64,000 bases of DNA from Sedimentisphaerales bacterium. Lineage in GTDB: Bacteria; Planctomycetota; Phycisphaerae; Sedimentisphaerales; SM23-30. A program made the translations under genes and the position numbers. The stretch lies in NCBI GenBank assembly GCA_963666285.1, contig OY762711.1, one strand, 5' to 3'. The notes under the pieces are model-generated. The model was not told the origin of the DNA, ran no database searches, and saw only the letters and a list, made by a program, of their open reading frames with translations. Below, piece after piece: positions 53,320-63,070 of the stretch (its first letter is position 1; each line of letters begins with the position of its first letter).

Positions 53320-55143
53320 TTATCTGTTTTTTTTCACTTTAGTAACTTCTTTGTTAACCGCTTTCAAGAGTTCGAGTATATCCTGTTTGGCCGGTAAACC
53401 GGAGGCGGTAGTGCCGGCATAACGGCTGTGCTCGAACAGTTCGACAACAGTCTTGAACCGCTGGGCGTTGTCCGGGGTGACACCGGCTGCGGCAAGCAGC
53501 TCAAGGCAATCCTGTCCGGTAAGGCTCTGGGCCTTGTGCTTGAGCTTATCGGCAACATATTGACGCAGGATGTCGTTCAGGCCAGCCAGATAATTGTCAA
53601 CGTCGGCTTCGTTGAGCCTGGAGAGACCGGCGGCAGCTTTGCCGAATGCTTTACCGGCCTGTTTGAGAGCGAGCTTTTCCGGGTCTTTGCTGCCGAAAAC
53701 GGTCGAAGCAATCGAAAAGACAAGCAGTATGGTCGGAAGGCCCATAGCGACGAGCCAGCCGGTCGAGCGGAAGCAATCGCTAACAGAAAAAGTGGTATTG
53801 ACCAGCAGTTCATCACCGAAATGATTGGCCGCAATTTTATGTTCGGTTCTTTCCAGTTCAGAGCCGCCAGGCTGGGCAGCTTCGATATTGACAGCACTGC
53901 GAACGTCAGCTTCAACGATCTTGCGGGCAGCTTCGACCTGGATAGATATCGGTTCGGATTTTTCGGTCAGGTATTTTTCGTCAAGGAAATTAAAGTAGCT
54001 CAAAGGAATAGGCGGAATCTCGACGAGCCCATCGTCCGAAGATTTTGTCGGACGAATGGTTTGAGTGAATACGACGCAATCTTTTTTGCGATCAGGAGCA
54101 GAATAATCCGAAGGGATCTTGAAACTTCCGGTCATGAAAGACAGGTCCGGCATTTTGACATCTTCGAGGAAACCGTTGTTACCGGCAACAGTAATCTTGA
54201 GTGTCAGAGGAGTACCGACGGTAATAGTATCAGGCGCGTTGACCAGTTCGGTACTGATAAAGTAGCTACTGCCGACAAGCCCGTAAAAGTCGTTTGGCTT
54301 GCCCTGTTCAGGGATCGGTTTGGCGTTGACAGTGATCGATTCGGCTGCTTCCTGGAAAGGTTTATATTCTTTCTGCATGAATAATCCGCTACCACGGGTG
54401 CCGGAAGGCAAAAGGCATTTGACCCTTGGTGCAATCTCATAAGAGCCAGGCTCATGAGCAATGAGATACTGATCGAAATTCAAAACAGTACAAGCAGAGC
54501 CATCTCTTACGCCTTTTGTAAGAGCATAATTCATGTCGCCGAAAGGAGGGATTTCACCGGATTTTGTAGTGCCATCGGCAGAAGGAGATAAAGGTCCCAT
54601 TCGGAACTTCGACTCGTCTGAAAGGTCTGGAACAATAAATTCAAGATTGCGAATGTCATTATCGGGCAGATACCATTTGAAGGTAAGTGCTATCGGCTGG
54701 CCGATATAAAACTCTTTAGAAGAAGAATTAACGATGAGCTTATAATCGCCGGCGATGTCAGCTTTTTTAACAGTGAAGGTAACCGGTTCGGTCTGGTATT
54801 TATTACCATCCACATAAACATCCAGGGATTTAATGGTGTATGTACCGGCTTTACCGGCGGCCAGGACCCACTTGCCGGTAACTTCCCTGATTTGTACAAG
54901 TCTGCCGGAAGAATCCTGAGTTGTTGATGAATTCATAGAATTGCCGGCAAAGACAGGGTCGAACTCAGAGAACTGAGAGGAGTCAACTCTTGGATACGAG
55001 TTGGCATTTTCGCAAACCACCTGCATATAAAAACTATCACCTTCGTTTATATCGCTGGCGATGCGTACGTAGACTTTGACCTGCGCCACAGCAAAAGTGG
55101 AAACGAGGAGCAAAATCCAAATTATATTTCTTATTCTAATCAT
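53320..55143 (-). CDS. batD: BatD-like protein
   Basis: Signal peptide, repeated beta-sandwich modules (KPIPEQGKPNDFYGLVG; IPPIPLSYFN), and a C-terminal TM plus E.SRYA domain. Confidence 0.75.
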   Translation of the reverse strand: MIRIRNIIWILLLVSTFAVAQVKVYVRIASDINEGDSFYMQVVCENANSYPRVDSSQFSEFDPVFAGNSMNSSTTQDSSGRLVQIREVTGKWVLAAGKAGTYTIKSLDVYVDGNKYQTEPVTFTVKKADIAGDYKLIVNSSSKEFYIGQPIALTFKWYLPDNDIRNLEFIVPDLSDESKFRMGPLSPSADGTTKSGEIPPFGDMNYALTKGVRDGSACTVLNFDQYLIAHEPGSYEIAPRVKCLLPSGTRGSGLFMQKEYKPFQEAAESITVNAKPIPEQGKPNDFYGLVGSSYFISTELVNAPDTITVGTPLTLKITVAGNNGFLEDVKMPDLSFMTGSFKIPSDYSAPDRKKDCVVFTQTIRPTKSSDDGLVEIPPIPLSYFNFLDEKYLTEKSEPISIQVEAARKIVEADVRSAVNIEAAQPGGSELERTEHKIAANHFGDELLVNTTFSVSDCFRSTGWLVAMGLPTILLVFSIASTVFGSKDPEKLALKQAGKAFGKAAAGLSRLNEADVDNYLAGLNDILRQYVADKLKHKAQSLTGQDCLELLAAAGVTPDNAQRFKTVVELFEHSRYAGTTASGLPAKQDILELLKAVNKEVTKVKKNR

Positions 55144-55207
55144 TTATATTTCTTAGCTATTTAGCTACTAAGCAGTTCAGCCAGATTTTATGGTTGTCAG
55201 AAAGCAC

Positions 55208-56176
55208 CTACCAGTCTTTTTCGACGGTTTTCTGCTGTGCTTTAATTAATTGTAATAACACTTCTCGGCGTTTCTTTTCCTGATCGATTAATTTAGCCGC
55301 CTTTGGGTCGAGTTCAATCTTTTTCTTTATCTCCTGTTTGGGCTCGCCGTCTTTTTGTTCGCCTGGTTTGGCCTGCTGCTGGTCTTTCTGCTGTTCGGAG
55401 CCCTGCTGCTGATCGGTCTGCTGGTCTTTTTCCTGACCTTGCTTTTGTTGATCTTGCTTGTTTTGCTGCTGATCCTGATTTTGCTGCTGTTTGTCGGACT
55501 GCTGAAATTGCTGGTCCTGATTCTGTTGCGATTGCTGGTCCTGCTGCTGATCGTTCTGCTTATCCTGCCGGTCGTTCTTGTCGGAATTCTGGTTTTGCTG
55601 ATCCTGCTGCTGATCTTCTTTATCGTCTTTTTTATCTTTATTGTCTTTATTGTCCTGATTCTGCTGTTGCTGCTGTTGTTGCTTGAGCAGTTCTTTGAGC
55701 TGTTTGATCTTTCGCCTGGTAAGTGAGATATTTTCAGCTGCCTGAGTATCGGATTTATCGAGGTCCAATGCCTTTCGATAGCATCTGGCGCTCTGTTGAT
55801 AGTCCTCGACAGCCTGTTCGGGTTCTTCCTGTTCGGTTTGCTGTGCTTTATTAAAGAAGCAATTCCCCAGATTAAACTGAGCCATTGAGGTCAGTTTATC
55901 ATTTTCACTCTGATTGGCAGCGTCTCTATATTGCTCAATTGCATCGTCTATTTTACCCTGGCGGAACAGGCTGTTTCCTTTATTGAAGCTGATACAGCCG
56001 GTGTCGCTTTCGCGAGCTTCTCGTGCCAGGTTGTATTTATCGATAGCCTCGCCGTAATGTTCTTTTTTATAGGCTTCGTTCCCCTGCCGAACGAGCGATG
56101 AGGGGGAATCGGCAAAACCCGCAGAGCAGAACAAAAATAACAGTAATATTGTATTAACAAAAGTTTTCATAGCCAT
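55208..56176 (-). CDS. batC: BatC-like TPR protein with Q/D/N-rich linker
   Basis: TPR motifs (FNKGNSLF, FNLGNCFF), low-complexity Q-rich tract, and C-terminal VEKDW. Confidence 0.75.
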   Translation of the reverse strand: MAMKTFVNTILLLFLFCSAGFADSPSSLVRQGNEAYKKEHYGEAIDKYNLAREARESDTGCISFNKGNSLFRQGKIDDAIEQYRDAANQSENDKLTSMAQFNLGNCFFNKAQQTEQEEPEQAVEDYQQSARCYRKALDLDKSDTQAAENISLTRRKIKQLKELLKQQQQQQQNQDNKDNKDKKDDKEDQQQDQQNQNSDKNDRQDKQNDQQQDQQSQQNQDQQFQQSDKQQQNQDQQQNKQDQQKQGQEKDQQTDQQQGSEQQKDQQQAKPGEQKDGEPKQEIKKKIELDPKAAKLIDQEKKRREVLLQLIKAQQKTVEKDW

Positions 56177-57223
56177 CTATTTTTTCGATTTCAATTTTTC
56201 GCTAATAAGCATTTCAGCCATTAATAAACCGAGAGCCAGTGCAAAGAAAATCTGGAACTTTTCATCATAACGGACAGTATCCTGAGTTTCCAGCTCTCGC
56301 CGGTCGGCTCCTGCAATAATTTTATTATATATTTTGTCAAGCTCCAGCATTGTGCCGGGAGTATAGGCCCAGTAAGCACCGCCGGGAGTTGCGAGAGCTA
56401 TATCTTTGAGGGAGTCGTCTTCGAGCTTGGTCCATACTTCGGCCCCCTGGTATTTGAGGTATGTCCGGTTGCCGTCTTCATCTTCGATTGGGATACGGGC
56501 ACCCTGGCTGCGGTCGCCGATACCGATAACAAAGATGCGGACGTCATTTTTGGCGGCTGCCTGGGCAGCTTCGAGCGGGAAGCTATCCTGATCTTCACCA
56601 TCGGTTATCATTATGATATCACGGTACTTATCATCGGAATCGGAGAATACATGCTCGGTGGCGGTTCGGATAGCATCGCCGATGAGAGTGCCGCCCTGGC
56701 TGATCTGATCCGGGCTAAGCTCATCAACTATCATGCTAACGAAGGCATAATCGCGGGTAAGCGGGCACTTAATCGAGGTAGTACCGGCAAAGGCAATGAG
56801 TCCTACCCGGTCGCCCTTGAGAGTGCCAAGGAGGTCCTTGATAGTGAGCTTTGCCTGTTCAAGTCGACTGGGGTACAGGTCTTCGGCGAGCATGCTGCGA
56901 GAGACATCGACAAGCAGCACAATATCGCGACCCTTTTCGACTACCTGTTGAGGGTGCGGGTTCCAGCCGGGCTGGGTAAGGCCAATGATAACAGCAGTTA
57001 CAACCAGGATAATGAGGCATGCCTTGAAAACCTGTCGGCCGATACTGACCTGCGAGTTCAGGAGTATATCGAGTCCGGATTCAGCAAACCTGCGTACAGT
57101 TATGCCGCTGCGGTAGAAACGCCAGGCATAAAATGCTACAGCCAGCGGGAGCAGCCATAGCAGCCAAAGCGCGTCGATATTTTCCATTCTGTATTCCGGT
57201 GTGTTCATTTTTAGTATAAGCAC
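56177..57223 (-). CDS. batB: BatB-like vWA protein
   Basis: DVSRSMLAEDLYPSRLEQAK, DRVGLIAFAG, PLTRDY and ITDGEDQ. Confidence 0.8.
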   Translation of the reverse strand: MLILKMNTPEYRMENIDALWLLWLLPLAVAFYAWRFYRSGITVRRFAESGLDILLNSQVSIGRQVFKACLIILVVTAVIIGLTQPGWNPHPQQVVEKGRDIVLLVDVSRSMLAEDLYPSRLEQAKLTIKDLLGTLKGDRVGLIAFAGTTSIKCPLTRDYAFVSMIVDELSPDQISQGGTLIGDAIRTATEHVFSDSDDKYRDIIMITDGEDQDSFPLEAAQAAAKNDVRIFVIGIGDRSQGARIPIEDEDGNRTYLKYQGAEVWTKLEDDSLKDIALATPGGAYWAYTPGTMLELDKIYNKIIAGADRRELETQDTVRYDEKFQIFFALALGLLMAEMLISEKLKSKK

Positions 57224-57246
57224 TTACTATCTAGTATGTTATATCA

Positions 57247-58350
57247 TTATGGCGTACGCCTGAAAATGGTACAGGCAGAAACAACTTCCAGCATAAGAGC
57301 CGCTAAGGCACCATAAGCAAATAAATGAAACCTTTCATCATATTCGTTATAGGATATAGATTGAATTTCACTTTTTTCAAGTTCGTTAATCTTTTCACAG
57401 AAGTCTTTTAGCTCTTTAGCATTGCCGGCCCGGACATATTGGCCTCCGGTTTCGGATGCGATCCATTTGAGCAGTCTTTCGTCAAATTCGGAACTCATCG
57501 CCCTGCCAAAAAATGACCTGGACTGGGCAGCCGGCCCTCCAATGCCTATGGTATATATCTTTATTCCCCACTTTTTGGCGAGTTCAACGGCTTCAGCCGG
57601 ATCCAAGTCGCCCCTGTTTTGCCTGCCGTCAGTAAGCAGAATAATGACTTTGCTATTTATATTAAACTCAGATTTGGCCTTTGAATCTTTTTGGTCCTGT
57701 TCAGAGATAGCTGTCATCCTGGCATTCCTTGCTTCGATTTCCTCTTCTGCCTTGTGGAGCCTGGCAGCGGCAAGGGAAATAGCATCACCAATGGCAGTAC
57801 CATCTAAATCATCATATTGAATCAAATTTATATCTGACAGGAAGGTTACCAGCATATCGGGCGAATGAACAAGCGGGCAGTCGGTTTCAGGAAATCGGGC
57901 AAAGCTGATAAGGCCAATAAGGTCATTGGGCCTACCTTCCAAATCGTTGCCTCCCTTGACAAAATCTTTAAAAACCTCTTTGGCTACCTGCAATCTGTTC
58001 ATGGTATTACCATAATAGTCCATTGGAGCATCCATACTGGTTGATTTATCGAGAACCATTTGCATCACTACGCCATTGGTAGAACTGAGCTTAACTTTTT
58101 TTCCTTTTTGAGGTCTGGCAATGGCGAAAACCAAGAGTACAATGCATGTGATGCGGCACAAAAGCAAAAAATATCTGCCAAATTTCCTCCAACTGGACAT
58201 ACCGTTTTGAGAAGCCGCTCTGAAACCGGATATGTAGGAGAATTTGAGCGAAGCAAATCGCTTTTGGCGCAAAATCAGCCATGCGGCCGGGATAATCAGC
58301 AGCACAAGCAAAAGCAAATACGGGTTTTGAAACTGCAATGTGTCAGTCAC
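57247..58350 (-). CDS. batA: BatA-like vWA protein
   Basis: FQNPYLLLL N-terminus, IARPQ, DKSTSM, DGTAIGDAI and IILLTDG. Confidence 0.8.
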   Translation of the reverse strand: MTDTLQFQNPYLLLLVLLIIPAAWLILRQKRFASLKFSYISGFRAASQNGMSSWRKFGRYFLLLCRITCIVLLVFAIARPQKGKKVKLSSTNGVVMQMVLDKSTSMDAPMDYYGNTMNRLQVAKEVFKDFVKGGNDLEGRPNDLIGLISFARFPETDCPLVHSPDMLVTFLSDINLIQYDDLDGTAIGDAISLAAARLHKAEEEIEARNARMTAISEQDQKDSKAKSEFNINSKVIILLTDGRQNRGDLDPAEAVELAKKWGIKIYTIGIGGPAAQSRSFFGRAMSSEFDERLLKWIASETGGQYVRAGNAKELKDFCEKINELEKSEIQSISYNEYDERFHLFAYGALAALMLEVVSACTIFRRTP

Positions 58351-58415
58351 AATTATAAACCTCTAAAAACTATATATTTATACGTCATCAAACCCCAGTT
58401 ATTTAAACAGTAATT

Positions 58416-58443
58416 TATACGCAGCAAGTTTCAAAATGGTTCA
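58416..58443 (-). promoter_or_regulatory. ECF-sigma-type promoter upstream of batA
   Basis: Minus strand TGAACC-N16-CGTATA resembles SigW-type TGAAAC-N16-CGTA. Confidence 0.45.
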
Positions 58444-58664
58444 AGAAATTCAAAGAGAAGGCCTACAAGCTAAGAAAAAATGTGATAAGGACCTGCAAAA
58501 TATTACTTTATAAACAAACAGCCATGATAAAATTTGTTGGTGTTGGCCATATATGATGGTATAATTAAATTGAAGAAAGCACCGAATTATGGGCATGCCT
58601 AATACCATTGATACAAGCAATCCTGTCTTGTACCAACCTGCTGTTAACACCGGACTTATACTTA

Positions 58665-60425
58665 ATGAGCGATATACTTTCGGAAAAGATTGCCAGCTTA
58701 CTTAAGCAGGCGAAATATACACCAGAGGCTAAGAAGCTCGAGCAACTGGATGCATGTGAGCATCTGCTTCGCATCATTTCGCCCGGTAAGAAATATCCGT
58801 TTGAGTTTATCCGAGCCACAATAACAGGGTATCACCCTGAAGGCACATCGCGCGGACTAGAAGAAACCGAGGTCGAGCCGTTAAGCTATGAGACATTATT
58901 GAATGACCTGGTATGTTATGCCGAGCAGATAAGCAAACTGGTAAATACCCCGGCAGAAAAACTAGCGATAAGCTTTGAGACGGTTGAGTCTTTATCGGAG
59001 AAATACAATGTCTCGACGAAAACCGTTCGCCGGTGGCGATCAAAGGGATTATCCGGCCGATATCTAAGGTTTGAGGACGGTAAACAGAAACTGGTATTTA
59101 CCAGTAAGATGGTCGATCACTTTGTAAAGGAAAATGCCGAGCAGGTAAAGAGAGGCACGCAGTTTACCCGCAGCAGCGAGCAGGTCAAGGCCTTGATAAC
59201 AGCAAGACTGGAGAAATGGGCCGACCGATACCCAGATTATCGGCAGGAGGCTATCCGTCGAACGGCGAAGAAATACGGTCGATCGGCAGAAATGGTCCGC
59301 AGTTTACTGGTAACATCAGAAAACAGCGGCCTGATAACAGGTTTTAAGAAGCGGTCAGCGAAGATATCAGGAGAACTAGCTGAGAGTATAATTGCCGAGC
59401 ATAAAAAAGGTGTTTCAGCGGCACAGTTGTCAGAGAAGTACGGCAAACCGCAAAATCTTATCAAGCAGGTAGTAAACCGCCATATAGTTCGAGAACTGCA
59501 AAACACCCCGTTCAATTTCATGGATAGTCCGGACTTTCAAAATAGTGACTCAACAAACAATATTTTAAAGCAGGTTGCAGAGTTAAAGCTCGCAACAGCG
59601 TCAAATGGTGACAATTCAATATCAAACGGCGAAAAACGACGTGCGGAAGCTGACATGCCACGGGCAGCGATCGGTATGCTGGAAATGTATCACAAAGACC
59701 TATCGATACATGAAACATTGTCAGCGGAAGAGGAAAAGAATCTGTTTCGTATTTTCAATTTTTTGAAGTTCCAGGCAGAGCAAATGCGGCTGGAGCTGGA
59801 TGATGAGTTTCCGGACAGCCAGCTGATCCAGAATATAGCTGACAATATGAAGCTGGCAAGGAAGCTTAAGAATAAGCTGGTGCGGCATAACCTGAGGCTG
59901 GTAGTAAGTACCGCAAGGAAGCATGCGGCAGATGATATCGAGATGTCGGAATATATAAGCGAAGGTAATATGGTCCTGATGAGAGCGGTCGAAAAGTTTG
60001 ACTATTATAAAGGTAATAAGTTTTCGACTTATGCTACATGGGCAATCATTAAGCGATTTGCAACATTGCGGGCGACGATGGCCAGGCGTGCCGAGCAGGT
60101 AGTATTTGTTGCAGATGAGATACTGGATATTGCCCATAACCTGCGAACACAGCCGGACCAGATATCGGCAGTGGAACAGGCAAACAAAGATATTGTCAAG
60201 GTTATGAACGAAACACTGGATACGAGGGAACGCCAGATAATATGCGGACATTACGGGGTGAGCATATCGAGTAAGCCGGAAAACCAGAGGCCGCAGAGTT
60301 TGAGACAGATTGCTGAGCTGTTGAATTTGAGTAAGGAGCGGGTAAGACAGATCGAGATGCAGGCATTGAAGAAGCTTAGAGGTGTAATGTCGCCGGAACA
60401 GTTCGATTTTTTGCTGAAGATGTAG
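58665..60425 (+). CDS. Sigma-70 family factor with a long N-terminal multi-HTH extension
   Basis: Region 2 (NLRLVVSTARKH...EGNMVLMRAVEKFDYYKGNKFSTYATWAI) and region 4 (SLRQIAELLNLSKERVRQIE). Three HTH-like segments upstream. The start could be 58608. Confidence 0.85.
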   Translation: MSDILSEKIASLLKQAKYTPEAKKLEQLDACEHLLRIISPGKKYPFEFIRATITGYHPEGTSRGLEETEVEPLSYETLLNDLVCYAEQISKLVNTPAEKLAISFETVESLSEKYNVSTKTVRRWRSKGLSGRYLRFEDGKQKLVFTSKMVDHFVKENAEQVKRGTQFTRSSEQVKALITARLEKWADRYPDYRQEAIRRTAKKYGRSAEMVRSLLVTSENSGLITGFKKRSAKISGELAESIIAEHKKGVSAAQLSEKYGKPQNLIKQVVNRHIVRELQNTPFNFMDSPDFQNSDSTNNILKQVAELKLATASNGDNSISNGEKRRAEADMPRAAIGMLEMYHKDLSIHETLSAEEEKNLFRIFNFLKFQAEQMRLELDDEFPDSQLIQNIADNMKLARKLKNKLVRHNLRLVVSTARKHAADDIEMSEYISEGNMVLMRAVEKFDYYKGNKFSTYATWAIIKRFATLRATMARRAEQVVFVADEILDIAHNLRTQPDQISAVEQANKDIVKVMNETLDTRERQIICGHYGVSISSKPENQRPQSLRQIAELLNLSKERVRQIEMQALKKLRGVMSPEQFDFLLKM

Positions 60426-60731
60426 GGATTAGCCAGTAGTTAGCAGGGAAAGAAAGAAGGCATAAGGTTAAGTTTGCTCCGCCTTAAATTGATTTTATTC
60501 TGCGAGTTCATTTTAACAATATTGCTTTTTTAGATTTATTACCTGTAATTAATATTAACAATGAAACATTTAATATTTCTCATTTTGAAGATATAAACTT
60601 TTTGAATAGTAATCGTCATAAAATATTAAGCTATAATTAAAAACAAACAAATGTTATAATGCAATTTCTTGGTTGCTAAACTGAAATTTTGAGTATTTAA
60701 CAGGGAATGAGTTCCCGGAGGTCAATGGCAG

Positions 60732-62960
60732 ATGAATTTGAGTAATAGTCTAAATGGAAGAATGGTAGTTATTTCTTTGTGTTTGCTGGCGTTATTTACC
60801 GCCCTGCCGGCTTTGGCAGATGATGGAAAATTGAGCCCGGAAGAACAGCAAAAACAATATGTCGAGAAACTTACCGAAGCGATGGAACAGGGAAATTTTG
60901 AGGCGGCAGCTTCATGGTGCGATAAAATTGAGCTGCTTGGCCAGGAAAAAGATTCCAAGCTTCAGTTTATGATGGGTCAGGCGTATTACAAAACCGAGCG
61001 ATATAAAGAGGCACAGCCATATCTTAAGAAGGCTTATGACATGTACTGCACCAGATATGGCAGGTTGAGTAATAAGACGCTGGAGGTAAGCAGCATACTA
61101 GATCGCTGTAATAATAAACTGCGACCGAAAAATACAATCGTCAGCCTGCCAAATACTGCTAAAAGATTTTCTGATAACCCGCTGACAACCCGCTCAAAAA
61201 AAACACCTAAGTATATGGTAGAAAAGCTAAATGAAGCTCTTGAAGGCAAGATAGAATACAGTGAAGTTAGGCCTTATGTTGACGAGCTTTTGCCACTGGT
61301 ATTGACAAACGATGCTACCTATGAGGCAGTAACAGATTTCCTGATTGCCAGCAAGGATTACGAGGCAGCACAAGGGGTATTGATATCAAAGCTGAAAGCC
61401 GAAGTTGAAAAGTCGTATAAGTACCATCCTAAGGTTCTTGAAATACTTGAGAAGCTGGAAAAGACATTTCCTGAAACAACAATGGATAATGCTTCCCTAA
61501 AACAAGAGATAGAAAAATGGAAAAACCTGATAAAAGATAATTATACAGATGTTGCCCAAAAGACAGAAGAAAACAAACTGATAGAGTTGTTAGTGAATGC
61601 CGAACTGGCAATAGAAAAAGAAAATACGATAAAAGCCCTGACATACTGCAGCCAGCTGGACAAAACAGAGATAAAAGAACCGGAGAATCTGCTAAAAATC
61701 GGCGATCTATACCGCAAGCTGGGCTATGATAATAAGATCGAAGAATATTACTGTAAATATTTGAATGCAATAGACAGTGAAGTGCCGCCTGTGCCGGAAA
61801 AGGAATATATGAATATGCTTAACTGTCTGAACAATCTATTTGATATTAAAAAGGAATATCAAAAGGCGGAAATAATAAGTGCCAAACAAGCAGCATACTA
61901 CGAAAAGGTAAAAGGACCACAAGATCGATTTACACTACTGGCCCGGAAACAGATGGAGAAATATCGAAACCTGGCAGCGGCAAAGTCAAAAGAGCAAGCA
62001 AATGAAGAAGAGACGGAAGACGAACCCGCAGCCGGTGGTGCAGACCCGCAAGAGATAAAAGCCAGGTTTACTGTACTGCGTCAATACATAAAAAGCGGTA
62101 ATAAAGCAGAAGCCGATAAGGCAGCCAAAGAGCTGGAATCGCTGGTCGAGGGTGATCCGCATAATTTATATATGCTGGGCCTGGGATATTATTCGAATAA
62201 GAATAATGATAAGGCCGCAGAGATACTGGCAAAAGCAGTCGCAGAATATAACAAGCAATATGAGTATGACAACTATAAGACATCGCAGGCATTAAAAAAA
62301 CTTATCGATTTATATATTGATAAAGAACAATTTACAGAAGCGGCACAACATAGCAGGCAGCTGCTGGCGATTTATAAAACCAAATGGGGCAGCGACCATA
62401 AGAATACGGTAAAAGCCCGGAAAGAACTGGAAGAGCTGGAAGGGAAAATCTCCGACTCGAAGATCGCATTAGTCGGAAAAGAAGAGCAACCATCCAGGCC
62501 GGGTCAGCAAGATCGAGCCCCAATGTCAAATATCAGAAGGCAAACTATGATGGGCGGAATAACATCAGCAGAAGATGCGGCAAAGAATTTTGTCCTGGCA
62601 GGCTTTCAAGATGATCTGGAAGACTATATCGCCGTATGTCTGCCGAATCCAGATATGTATATCTTAAACCTGGAATCTTCGGAAGCAATAGACCCGGCGC
62701 TGGCGAAGTTAACCAAGAAAGATCTAAAGGCAGTGGAATGCAAGCCGGGTGAAACCACAGTATTTCCAGACGGAACCAAGTTCACATTCAATTATGGTGA
62801 CGGCTGGGACGGGCGAAAGCTATACCTGGTATATTTTAGCTTTGCACCTAACCCACTGCCGGTATGGGTACACAAGATAGACTCTAATCGCTGGGCAGCA
62901 GATGCAGCTCCATATATACAGCTGACAAAAAATGTCTTAGAACAGAACAGTGAACGCTAA
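60732..62960 (+). CDS. Secreted TPR-repeat protein
   Basis: Signal peptide ending ALA-DD. Repeated TPR-like helices (MGQAYYKTERYKEA, LGLGYYSNKNNDKA). Confidence 0.75.
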   Translation: MNLSNSLNGRMVVISLCLLALFTALPALADDGKLSPEEQQKQYVEKLTEAMEQGNFEAAASWCDKIELLGQEKDSKLQFMMGQAYYKTERYKEAQPYLKKAYDMYCTRYGRLSNKTLEVSSILDRCNNKLRPKNTIVSLPNTAKRFSDNPLTTRSKKTPKYMVEKLNEALEGKIEYSEVRPYVDELLPLVLTNDATYEAVTDFLIASKDYEAAQGVLISKLKAEVEKSYKYHPKVLEILEKLEKTFPETTMDNASLKQEIEKWKNLIKDNYTDVAQKTEENKLIELLVNAELAIEKENTIKALTYCSQLDKTEIKEPENLLKIGDLYRKLGYDNKIEEYYCKYLNAIDSEVPPVPEKEYMNMLNCLNNLFDIKKEYQKAEIISAKQAAYYEKVKGPQDRFTLLARKQMEKYRNLAAAKSKEQANEEETEDEPAAGGADPQEIKARFTVLRQYIKSGNKAEADKAAKELESLVEGDPHNLYMLGLGYYSNKNNDKAAEILAKAVAEYNKQYEYDNYKTSQALKKLIDLYIDKEQFTEAAQHSRQLLAIYKTKWGSDHKNTVKARKELEELEGKISDSKIALVGKEEQPSRPGQQDRAPMSNIRRQTMMGGITSAEDAAKNFVLAGFQDDLEDYIAVCLPNPDMYILNLESSEAIDPALAKLTKKDLKAVECKPGETTVFPDGTKFTFNYGDGWDGRKLYLVYFSFAPNPLPVWVHKIDSNRWAADAAPYIQLTKNVLEQNSER

Positions 62961-63004
62961 AGCAAGAGCGAGCATATTTTACATTCTTTCGATTTGGCAA
63001 TAAC

Positions 63005-63045
63005 AAAACCGGCCATTGAACAGCAAGCAGCTTAATGGCCGGTTT
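63005..63045. terminator. Hairpin between convergent TPR and MCP genes
   Basis: AAACCGGCCATT-N16-AATGGCCGGTTT. Confidence 0.65.
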
Positions 63046-63070
63046 GAAATATTGTTTGTTTAATATAATG

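Noticed and set aside
53428..55726. Plus-strand ORFs opposite batD and batC, including a Leu-rich 123-aa ORF
   Set aside because: They are antisense artefacts of GC-rich codons and the CAG/CAA-rich Gln linker.
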